From NCBI RefSeq assembly GCF_006345805.1, contig NW_021836683.1, forward strand, positions 1 through 22,853: 22,853 nt of DNA, read 5' to 3'. Source of the stretch: Octopus sinensis (lineage: Eukaryota). The position numbers and the translations under genes are program-made. This document shows positions 1 to 10,885 of the stretch, piece after piece. Position 1 is the stretch's first letter. Each line of letters starts with the position of its first letter. Under the pieces are notes generated by a model. That model did no database searches and was not told the DNA's origin. It worked only from the letters and a program-made list of their open reading frames with translations.

Positions 1-105
1 TCTTTACTACTCACAAGGGGCCGAACACAGAGAGGACAATCAAGGACAGACAAACGGATTAAGTCGATTATATCGACCCCAGTGCGTAACTGGTACTTAT
101 TTAAT
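1..105 (-). mobile_element. SINE family A, 3' half (tail type 1)
   Basis: Reverse complement reads AAGTACCAGTTACGCACTGGGGTCGATATAATCGACTTAATCCGTTTGTCTGTCCTTG...CCCCTTGTGAGTAGTAAAGA, matching the + copy at 16591-16722 and the core of 368-588. Confidence 0.85.
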
Positions 106-181
106 TATGCACTGAGGTCCCTCTAATCAACTGGCCCCTCCCCCCAAATTTCAAACCTTGTGCCTATAGTAGAAAGGATTT
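106..181 (+). mobile_element. SINE family A, 3' fragment (tail type 2)
   Basis: TAATCAACTGGCCCCTCCCCCCAAATTTCAAACCTTGTGCCTATAGTAGAAAGGATT matches the tail at 537-588. Confidence 0.7.
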
Positions 182-218
182 TTGGAGTAGAAACGTTAAG
201 CAGTGGTGTGTATAAATA

Positions 219-341
219 CAAACTTGTTACCAGTTCAAGTATGCTTGAGGCATTTTCGAAACCATAAAAATGTACTTGAGAGAAAGGCTTTCTTACGAGT
301 TCGAAAATATCTCAGGCATATTTAAACTGGTAACAGGCCTG
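219..341. repeat. Small fold-back / MITE-like hairpin
   Basis: TGTTACCAGTTCAAGTATGCTTGAGGCATTTTCGAA (225-260) is the reverse complement of TTCGAAAATATCTCAGGCATATTTAAACTGGTAACA (300-335) with 5 transition mismatches; loop is about 40 nt. Confidence 0.75.
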
Positions 342-367
342 CATTATTATTAATAATATTGTGTTAA

Positions 368-588
368 AGTGGCGAGCTAGCAAAATCGTTAGAACGCCGG
401 GCGAAATGCTTAGCGTGATTTCGTTTGCCGTTACGGTCCGAGTTCAAATTCCGCCGAGGTCGACTTTGCCTTTCATCCTTTCGGGGTTGATGAAGTAAGT
501 ACCAGTTACGCACCGGGGTCGATATAATCGATTAGGCCCCTTCCCCCCAATTTTTAAGGTCTTGTGCCTAGAGTAGAAATAATTATTA
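368..588 (+). mobile_element. tRNA-derived SINE family A, near full length
   Basis: Head with Pol III box-like motifs (TAGCAAAATCG, GAGTTCAAATTCC), central GGTCGACTTTGCCTTTCATCCTTTCGGGG...AGTACCAG block (resembles the Meta/MESC SINE domain, from memory), and an (ATT)n-like tail. Confidence 0.85.
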
Positions 589-611
589 ATAATATTGTTT
601 CAAGTTGCGTC

Positions 612-745
612 GCGATAGACTTAGCCTTTCATCGTTTCGCAGTCGATGAAGTAAGCACCAGTCAAGCACTAGGGGCGAAGTAATCAACTATCTCCCTCAT
701 CCAAAATTTCAGGTAGTCTTGTGCTTGTAGAAGAAAGAATTATTG
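612..745 (+). mobile_element. SINE family A, 5'-truncated diverged copy
   Basis: GACTTAGCCTTTCATCGTTTCGCAGTCGATGAAGTAAGCACCAGT...CCAAAATTTCAGG...CTTGTGC...AGAAGAAAGAATTATT is colinear with 460-588. Confidence 0.7.
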
Positions 746-1104
746 ATATTGTTGTTTTTGTTGTAGTTGTCATTGTTGTTATTTAAAACAAGAAACAGAG
801 AGGGAGGGAAAGTAGAGAGGAAAGGGAAATGGGTGTAGTAAAGAAAGAAAGAGAAGAACAGGGAGAAGTAGATGAAATAGAGAGTAAAAAGGAGAAGGAA
901 AGGGTAAACTACAAAACCAATTCTGAGCTCGATGGTCTCTGATTTTCCCTTTTGTACCCCCGCTCTCGTTCTCCCCCTTCTCTCTATCTCACTCTAACCA
1001 CAATAGAATACTGAGATAGAAGTAATCAAATAATACCACCCCCTAAATTTATTGGCCTGCGCTAAAGTTTGTAATTATTAAAGGTGATGAGCTAGCATTT
1101 GTAT

Positions 1105-1106
1105 TT

Positions 1107-1162
<56 letters not shown>

Positions 1163-1370
1163 GTAAGTAAATATATATAGTATTATATATAGTATATATA
1201 TATATATATACTATATATATATATAGATAATATATATATTATATATATGTATATATATATATCTATACATTTACATGTATATGTATGGGTGATTATAAGA
1301 TATCATATTTATTTATATATATATGTATATATATACAACATATATATTACATATATATACTTATATATAT

Positions 1371-1404
<34 letters not shown>

Positions 1405-1422
1405 TATATATACATATATATA

Positions 1423-1475
<53 letters not shown>

Positions 1476-1500
1476 CATTTATATATATATTCATACATAT
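1105..1500. repeat. Interrupted (AT)n microsatellite
   Basis: Seen directly. Confidence 0.95.
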
Positions 1501-1502
1501 TT

Positions 1503-1765
1503 GAGACCCTTCAGTTACGACACAGACCATAGGATTGCACTTAGAAAGTTACCCTCCCAGGCACAAGTCCGGGCAAGAGAAAGGCAACGGCCGATACAGC
1601 TTGGCACATGTGACGTCGCAACTCATTTCTACAGCTGAGTGAACTGGAGCAACGTGAAATAAAGTGTGTAGCTGAAGAACACAACACGCAGCCCAGTCCG
1701 GGATTCGAGCTCACAACCTCTCGATCGTAAGCTCGACGCTCTAACCACTGAGCCATGCACCTTCA
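1503..1765 (-). mobile_element. tRNA-derived CORE-type SINE family B
   Basis: Minus strand: box A TGGCTCAGTGG, box B GCTCGAATCCC, then the CORE-like GTGTTCTT...ACACTTTATTTCACGTTGCTCCAGTTCACTCAGCTGTAGAAATGAG. Homologous to 15763-16097. Confidence 0.85.
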
Positions 1766-1902
1766 TATATATATATATATACATATATATATATGCATCT
1801 ATATATATGCATATATATATTTATACATATGTATACACACACGCACACACATATATATACATGAACATACGTATTTTATATACATACATACGTATATATA
1901 CT

Positions 1903-1935
<33 letters not shown>

Positions 1936-2220
1936 GCATACGTATATACGTATATATACTTATATATATATACATATATATATATATGCATACGTATATA
2001 CGTATATGTACATGTGTATATATACATATACATCTATACATATGCCTGTATACATATATATGCATGTATATATATTTATATATATATACATAATATGTAT
2101 ATATAAATATATATGTATGTATGGATGCATATATATATATATGCAATGTAAGTGCATGCGTGCGCGCGCGTGTACATGCATGTGTGTGTGTGTATGTGTG
2201 CATGTGTGTGTGTGTGTGTG
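1766..2220. repeat. Compound (AT)n/(AC)n/(GT)n microsatellite
   Basis: Seen directly. Confidence 0.95.
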
Positions 2221-2817
2221 GAGAAATTGCATGTTGGCTTCGTGAACTTAGCTTCATTCAGGGAGCTGGATTGAAATAGTATATTTGAAGAAATATTCTC
2301 CAAACAATATTGTATACTACAATTTTCAATAAGGTATAATGGTTTACGATACTTCGTATTGCTCGATAGCATATTTGCTGTCAACTTAAAACAACATTCA
2401 TTTCAGCATTATGATACCAGATGGCACTCAGGAATATTAAAACGAGCAGAGCAGATCTGATTTAAGAAGAAGAAGAAGCCCTGCAGGTTTGTGCATGATT
2501 TTAATCTGATATCATTTGATAATCACACGAGGAACATATCGCAGAATTTGTTGGAAATGAAAGCCTTAAACTACATTAAATGATAAAGCTATTGCATGCA
2601 ACATTCTGTTAGTTGCATGCGCTTTGGGAAAAACCATATTCAGATTATGAGAAAGACAAACATATTGCATTTTAGCCATACGAAGCTTAGTTTCGTTAAA
2701 ACGTTGATCTTATATTATATGCTCCGGAAGCCAAGAAGTGACATATACATACATACTTACACACGTGGATGTATGTATGTAATCATTTTCATATACATGA
2801 TCATGTATGTATATTAC

Positions 2818-2879
<62 letters not shown>

Positions 2880-2886
2880 GCATATA

Positions 2887-3110
2887 TCTATCTATATAAA
2901 CTGAGTATGCGTGTCTGTCTGTTGTGTCTGTGTGTCTGTATGTGTGCATCACTAAAACACGAGAACTACCCAACGGATTTCATTCAAATTGTACACATGC
3001 CTTACTTAGGATCCATGCAGTGTCATGGGTCAAAATATTTTAAACTTCTTACCTAAAATCTCTTAGCTTTTACAATATTTCTGTATTACTTGTCAAAAGC
3101 GAAACAATGA
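2887..3110 (+). mobile_element. Possible non-autonomous Helitron 5' end
   Basis: Starts TCTATCTATATAAA, then (TGTC)n, then ACTAC..AACGGATTTCATTCAAATT, a layout I associate with non-autonomous Helitrons. No 3' hairpin-CTAG terminus was found. Confidence 0.4.
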
Positions 3111-3154
3111 CATCTCTATTGTATTGTGAGATAATACTTTCAGTTTGTATATAT

Positions 3155-3547
3155 ACTCTTTTACTCTTTTACTTGTTTCAGTCATTTGACTGCGGCCATG
3201 CTGGAGCACCGCCTTTAGTCGAGGAATCGGCCCCGGGACTTATTCTTTGTAAGCCCAGTACTTATTCTATCGGTCTCTTTTGCCGAACCGCTAAGTGACG
3301 GGGACGTAAACCCACCAGCATCGTTCAAGCAATGCTAGGGAGACAAACACAGACACACAAACACACACACACATACATATATATATATACATATATACGA
3401 CAGGCTTCTTTCAGTTTCCGTCTACCAAATCCACTCACAAGGCTTTGGTCGGCCCGAGGCTATAGTAGAAGACACTTGCCCAAGGTGCCACGCAGTGGGA
3501 CTGAACCCGGAACCATGTGGTTGGTTAGCAAGCTACTTACCTCCTGC
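3155..3547 (-). mobile_element. SINE family C (tRNA head, CORE-like block, internal microsatellite, GAGTAAAA tail)
   Basis: Closely similar to 21637-22044 and 16153-16580. Box B GGTTCAGTCCC and CACCTTGGGCAAGTGTCTT are present; the box A region (CACACAGCCA) is deleted in this copy. Confidence 0.9.
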
Positions 3548-3641
3548 TGTATATATATATATATTAGTTTCAATTCTGTTAGTTTCACTGTGAATTTATA
3601 TACATCTTTGTATGTATGTATGTCTATATATACATATATAT

Positions 3642-3694
3642 AGGCGGTGCTCCAGCATGGTCGCAGTCAAATGACTGAAACAAGTAAAAGAGTA
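3642..3694 (+). mobile_element. SINE family C, 3'-terminal fragment
   Basis: AGGCGGTGCTCCAGCATGGTCGCAGTCAAATGACTGAAACAAGTAAAAGAGTA equals the family C 3' end. Confidence 0.85.
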
Positions 3695-3823
3695 GATATA
3701 TTTATATATGTATATTACTTATAAACATATTTATATGTATATATCTATATCACTATAAATATATAATATATATATATATATATATATAATATACACACAC
3801 ATATATATATTATATATATACAT

Positions 3824-3857
<34 letters not shown>

Positions 3858-3882
3858 CTATATATATATATATATATAATAT

Positions 3883-4292
3883 GTAGGTCCGGGTTGATTC
3901 GGGGTTAACCACAGTAAATAAGGTACTCAATACATAGCAGAGTAAAATTAATTTATTATTAGAAGGAGCTTCTACAGGACTAGAACTGTTTCATTCAAGA
4001 GAAATCTTGAGGAGCTAGTTAACAAGAATTGTATTGGCATTATACATTTAGGTGGGGGACTTTTTTGGGGGTAGGCATAGCGCCAAAATATCATACTTGG
4101 GGGAGTGGTCAAGGAGTCAGGTTAAATTAGATAGAAGAATAAATAAAAAAAAAAATAAAAAAAAAAAAGAAAAGAAAATAAAAAAAAAAAAATAAAAAAA
4201 AAAATAAATAAAAAACCAACATATAAAAAAAAAACAAAAAACTTATATAAAAAAAGGGGGGAATAGAGTTTTAGTAAATAAGGAGATTCTCA
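3883..4292 (-). mobile_element. Non-coding PLE terminal-repeat (pLTR)-like element with HHR fold
   Basis: Minus strand order: T-rich tract, C-tracts, HHR fold, AATAAA, GTATTGAGTAC, then (AT)n. The inverted second copy at about 9988-10360 is truncated after AATAAA. Confidence 0.55.
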
Positions 4293-5515
4293 TTATACCT
4301 ATGCACACGTGTATATATACACACACCACACCTACAAACATATATACATATAACATACACACATAAATACACACACATATATATACATATATATACACTT
4401 ACACATACACATACATATACATATCTACAGATACACATATATGTATACATACACACACTCCATGCATACACGTATACACACATGTATATATACACACACG
4501 ACCTCACATACATATACGCACAGAAAAATATATATACACATACAACACAATACTCAATACACGCATACACACACATATCCACACACACACATGCACACAC
4601 GGCACACTAGTCCCTATATACACATATATACACATACACACACCTATACACACACATACATACATATACATACATGTATACATATACATATGTGTACCTA
4701 TGCAAAAACCTACACATACACACATATATACACATACAAATACAGACCCATTCCCTAATTTTAATTTTATTATCTTCGTTATTACTTTTGTTATCTTTGG
4801 CCGCTTGGTCACAAACATTTGGCTATTACAGCCAGTCCATTTATCTGTCTACTGGAAAACAAGCACTCATTCACTCACGCACACTCTTTAGCACGTACTC
4901 TCACTCATTCGTACACTCATACACATACACGCCGCACCGCGTTATATTCATACATACATCCATCTACATACATTCACGTATATACACTAGTACACGTACC
5001 TACAGATTTATGTCTACACTCTTAGAAGGCTAGTCTATAATATTACACCAATAAATATAAAAATACACACACATACATATTACACCTACATACAAATACA
5101 TACATGTATATATAAATATATATATATTCACATATATATATACACATATATACACACACACACATATACACACATACGCATACACACACATATACATATA
5201 TATACACTACACGCACATACACATGTACATGCGTACCCATACACACACACACGCGCGCATCCATATATACACATAAGTACACACATGCGTAAAAGTATAC
5301 ATATATCTATGCTTACACATACACACACACATACGCGCCTCCTTAATTCATACTTACATGCATACTCAAAAAAATAAGTAAATAGTAAAATATATATACG
5401 CGCAGTTATTCGTACATGCATACTCAAAAAATAAATAATAAATATAAGTATATGTACGTGCAGTTACCTATTATATAGACGGACATACATATAACTTACA
5501 CACACACATATATAT

Positions 5516-5567
<52 letters not shown>

Positions 5568-6728
5568 ATATATATCATATACATACATATATACACACAT
5601 ACACATAACATACATATATACATACATATATGTATACACACACACACATACACATACATTATACATATATATACATACCTACACACATGTACATATAAAT
5701 TCACACATAGATAACTCTACGTACCTACATATGCATAAACACACGAGCGTACGCGCATATGTACATATACACATACACATACACACACATATATATACTA
5801 CATACATACCCAGACACAATGTATACACACACACACACATATATATAATATTATATATTATATATACATTATACATACATATACACACTATATATATAAT
5901 AATATATACATATATACATATACATATACATATATATATATACACATACACACACATACATACACATATATGTACACACACACACACACATACATACACA
6001 CATACATACACACATACATACATATACATACATATACACACGCATATATACATGTGTGCAAACATACATAAATTCTCATGCAAGCAGCACACACATTGAT
6101 ATATATACACACACTTACACACATATATACATACACATATACATACATACATACATACATACGTATATGCATACATACACACACACACATACATATATTT
6201 ATATATACACATACATACATACACATACACATACCCATACATATATATACACACACACACATATACACATGCACATACTTATATCTCTACATACTCGCAT
6301 ATACATATATATATATATATATTTACATATACACACAAACATATACCTATATACATGTATATATACACACACACACATATATACACATCTACAATTTGTA
6401 TCTACACTCACATACCTGCACATACACATAACTCTACCATACCTACATATACATCGACATACTCGCGTACACTCATATATATACACATATATATGCATTA
6501 TATATATATATATACCACAACACCTCACGTACATATATATATATATATAATATATACATATACATACATATACACACACATATACATACAAGTACATATA
6601 CACATAACACCACATATATATATACACACACATACATATATCAACAATTGAGGGTAAAGTTAATTAGTTATTAATCAAATTCTCCAAGTATTCAGTATGT
6701 AAAAGGACCATTATTTTTATGAGTAAAC
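3951..6728 (+). repeat. Left arm of large inverted duplication
   Basis: Unique anchors match the right arm in reverse order: 3961-4140/10145-10350, 4260-4310/9965-10025, 4740-4910/9375-9545, 5330-5480/8400-8550, 5700-5760/8150-8210, 6385-6480/7375-7465, 6640-6728/6996-7085. Confidence 0.95.
3967..4016 (-). ncRNA. Degenerate type I hammerhead ribozyme
   Basis: Minus strand AGCTC-CTCAAGA-TTTC TCTT GAAT-GAAA-CAG TTCTAGTC CTG-TA-GAAGCT. Stems I and III pair and the triplet is GUA, but the core has G5->C. Confidence 0.6.
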
Positions 6729-7197
6729 AATGTCTGAGGGAAAATATTCTCTAAGTAGTGGAAGAGGCTAAAAAACTTTTTTGGCTGCTATTTCTAGAAA
6801 GTTCAGTATGCGGCAAAGCAATCCATTTCACTAAGCCCTAATTATATAATATTTTATACATACATACACATACATACACACATACATATACACAAACATA
6901 TGCATACACACATGATACACATATACAGGCGTGCACATACAATATGTGAGAGGTCTTAGGAGAAGAGGTAATCGGGGGTGCTAGGGTAACGGTGGGTTTA
7001 CTCATAAAAATAATGGTCCTTTTACATACTGAATACTTGGTGAATTTGATTAATAACTAATTAACTTTACCCTCAATTGTTGATATATGTATATGTGTGT
7101 GTATATATATGTGGGTGTATGTGTATATGTACTTGTATGTATATGTGTGTGTATGTATGTATGTATATGTATATATATATTATATATATATATGTAC

Positions 7198-7249
<52 letters not shown>

Positions 7250-7251
7250 GC

Positions 7252-7306
<55 letters not shown>

Positions 7307-7526
7307 CATATATATGTATGTATATGTATATGTATATATATGTGTGTGTGTATATGTATATATGTGTATATATATGAGTGTACGCGAGTATGTCGATGTA
7401 TATGTAGGTATGTAGAGTTTATGTGTATGTGCAGGTATGTGAGTGTAGATACAAATTGTAGATGTGTATATATGTGTGTGTGTATATATTACATGTATAT
7501 AGGTATATGTTTGTGTGTATATGTAA

Positions 7527-7578
<52 letters not shown>

Positions 7579-8775
7579 ATATGCGAGTATGTAGAGATAT
7601 AAGTATGTGCATATGTATATGTGTGTGTGTGTATATATATGTATGGGTATGTGTATGTGTATGTATGTATGTGTATATATAAATATATGTATGTGTGTGT
7701 GTATGTATGCATATACGTATGTATGTATGTATGTATGTATATGTGTATGTATATATGTGTGTAAGTGTGTGTATAATGTAAATGTAAGTGTGTCTGCTTG
7801 CATGAGAATTTATGTATGTTTGCACACATGTTATATGTGTGTGTATGTGTTTATGTATATGTATATGTGATATGTGTGTATATTGATGTAATGTGTATGT
7901 ATGTGTGTATGTATGTGTGTATGTATGTGTGTGTGTTTGGTCAATATGTGTATGTATGTGTTGTTATGTGTATATATATATATGTATATGTATATGTTTA
8001 TATGTATATAGATTATATATATGGTATATGTATGTTATGTGTAATATATATATATATATATATATATTGTGTGTGTGTGTGTATACATGTGGGGATGTGT
8101 ATGTATGTATGTATATATATGCGTGTGTATGTGTATGTGTATATGTACATATGCGCGTACGCTCGTGTGTTTATGCATATGGAGGTACGTAGAGTTATCT
8201 ATGTGTGAATTATATGTACATGTGTGTAGTATGTATATATATGTATATATGTATGTGTATGTGTGTGTGTGTATACATATATGTATGTATATATGTATGT
8301 GTATGTGTATGTGTGTATATATGTATGTATATGTATATATAATATATATATATATATATATAATATATATATATATATGTGTAAGTTTATATGTATGTAT
8401 CCGTCTATATAATAGGTAACTGCACGTACATATACTTAATATTTATTATTTATTTTTTGAGTAGCATGTACGAATAACTGCGCGTATATATATTTTACTA
8501 TTTACTTATTTTTTGAGTATGCATGTAAGTATGAATATAAGGAGGCGCGTATGTGTGTGTGTTTGTGTAAGCATAGATATATGTATACTTTTACGCATGT
8601 GTACTTATGTGTATATATGGATGCGCGCGTGTGTGTGTGTGTGTATGGGTACGCATGTACATGTGTATGTGCGTGTAGTGTATATATATGTATATGTGTG
8701 TGTATGCGTATGTGTGTATATGTGTGTGTGTGTATATATGTGTATATATATATATGTGATATATATATATATATA

Positions 8776-9170
8776 GCGCAGGAGTGGCTGTGTGGTAAGA
8801 GCTTGCTAACCAACACATGGTTCCGAGTTCAGTCCATGCGTGGCATTTGGGCAAGTGTCTTTGCTATAGCCTCGGGCCGACCAATGCCTGTGAGTGGATT
8901 TGGTAGACGGAAACTGAAAGAAGCCTGCCGTTATAGGTATATATATATATGTATGTGTGTGTGTTGTGTGTGTGTGTTTGTTCCCCTAGCATTGCTTGAC
9001 AACCGATGCTGGTGTGTTTACGTCACCGTCACTTAGCGGTCGGCAAAAAGAGACCGATAGAATAAGTACTGGCTTACAAAAAGAATAAGTCCCGGGGTCG
9101 AGTTGCTCGACTAAAGCGGTGCTCCAGCAGGCCGCAGTCAAAGACTGAAACAAGTAAAAGAGTAAAAGAG
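8776..9170 (+). mobile_element. SINE family C, full length
   Basis: GCGCAGGAGTGGCTGTGTGG...GAAACAAGTAAAAGAGTAAAAGAG, with (AT)n on both sides and many 1-nt deletions relative to the other three copies. Confidence 0.9.
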
Positions 9171-10294
9171 ATATATATACATGTAGTGTTTTGTATGTAG
9201 GTGTATATGTATGTGTGGTATTTATATTTTTGGGTGTAATATATAGACTAGCTTCTAAGAGTGTAGACATAAATCTGTAGGTACGCGTACGTATGTGTAT
9301 ATACGTGAATGTATGTAGATGGATGTATGTATGAATATAACGCGTGCGTGCGTGTATGTGTATGAGTGTACGAATGAGTGAGAGAGTACGTGCTAAAGAG
9401 TGTGCGTGAGTGAATGAGTGATTGTTTTTCCTAGACAGATAAATGGACTGGCTGTAATAGCCAAGATGTTTGTGATCAAGCGGCCAAAGATAACAAAAGT
9501 AAAAACGAAGATAATAAATTAAAATTAGGGAATGGGTCTGTATTTGTTATGTGTATATATATGTGTGTATTGTAGGTTTGCATAGGTACACATATGTATA
9601 TGTATACATGTATGTATATGTATGTATGTGTGTGTATAGGTGTGTGTATGTGTATATATGTGTATATAGGGACTAGTGTGCTGTGTGTGCATGTGTGTGT
9701 GTGGATATGTTGTGTATGCGTGTATGTGAGTATGTGTGTGTATGTGTATTATATTTTTCTGTGCGTATATGTATGTGAGGTCGTGTGTGTATATATACAT
9801 GTGTGTATACGTGTATGCATGTGAGTGTGTGTATGTATACATATATGTGTATCTGTAGATATGTATATGTATGTGTATGTGTAAGTGTATATATATGTAT
9901 ATATATGTGTGTGTATGTATGTGTGTATGTATATGTATATATGTTTGTATGTGTGTGTATGTATGTATACACGTGTGCATAGGTATAAGTGAGAATCTCC
10001 TTATTTACCTAAAACTCTATTCCCCCCTTTTTTTATATATAGGTTTTTTTTTATTTTTTTATTTTTTATATATGGGTTTTTTTATTTTATTTTTTAAATT
10101 TTTTTTTATTTTTTTCTTATTTTTTTATTTTTTTTTTTATTTTTTTATTTATTCTTTCTATCTAATTTAACACTGACTCCTTGACCACTCCCCCAAGTAT
10201 GATATTTTGCGCTATGCCTACCCCCAAAAAAGTCCCCCACCAACACCCCGTTAAACTGCCAAATGTATAAATGCCAATACAATTCTTGTTAACT

Positions 10295-10343
10295 AGCTTC
10301 CTAGATTTCTCTTGAATGAAACAGTTCTAGTCCTGTAGAAGCT
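10295..10343 (+). ncRNA. Degenerate type I hammerhead ribozyme (second arm copy)
   Basis: AGCTTC-CTAGA-TTTC TCTT GAAT-GAAA-CAG TTCTAGTC CTG-TA-GAAGCT. Stem I is a perfect 6 bp; the core is 2 nt shorter than CTGAAGA. Confidence 0.6.
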
Positions 10344-10379
10344 CCTTCTATATAATAAATATATATATATATATATAAT

Positions 10380-10416
<37 letters not shown>

Positions 10417-10702
10417 CCGTAAAGCCAGAAAGAAAAATGGCGCGATCTGCATCAAACTTCGATCATGTGACTAAAGTAGTAACAACTATAAATACGCACG
10501 CACAGAGGGTAGTGTGATAATAATAAAGTCAGCCAGAAGTCAGTTTACCCGGACAGAAACAATGCAGATAGTAATAAGGAGAGTTGAAATTAATGCACGG
10601 AAGATTTCACAGCTCAAGCATTACTCCTTCGTAGTCAGCCTATAAATACATCTGTTTGTTGTCTACACCACCTGCCTTAGTTTTTTTTTCTTTATGAATT
10701 AT

Positions 10703-10705
<3 letters not shown>

Positions 10706-10762
<57 letters not shown>

Positions 10763-10885
10763 ATATATATATATATATACACGTATGTATGTATGCACAC
10801 CCACACATACACACATATATATTCATATATGCTTTTTATATGTGTGTGCTTGCGTAATTATATATACATATATATAGGTATATAT
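10706..10885. repeat. (AT)n and compound microsatellite
   Basis: Seen directly. Confidence 0.9.

Larger units (their letters stand above)
6996..10360 (-). repeat. Right arm of large inverted duplication
   Basis: Reverse complement of 3951-6728, plus a SINE (8776-9170), longer microsatellites and a 19-nt segment (10242-10260) absent on the left. Confidence 0.95.

Noticed and set aside
783-1000. Purine tract followed by pyrimidine tract (triplex or fold-back?)
   Set aside because: Low complexity, with no sustained complementarity or mirror symmetry found.
2395-2495. Possible + strand exon (TTTCAG...CAG|GTTTGT)
   Set aside because: All three frames contain stop codons.
10433-10495. AAAATGGCG (YY1-like), GTCACATGA E-box (minus strand) and TATAAATA cluster
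   Set aside because: Short motifs with no downstream gene or transcript evidence; they can arise by chance.
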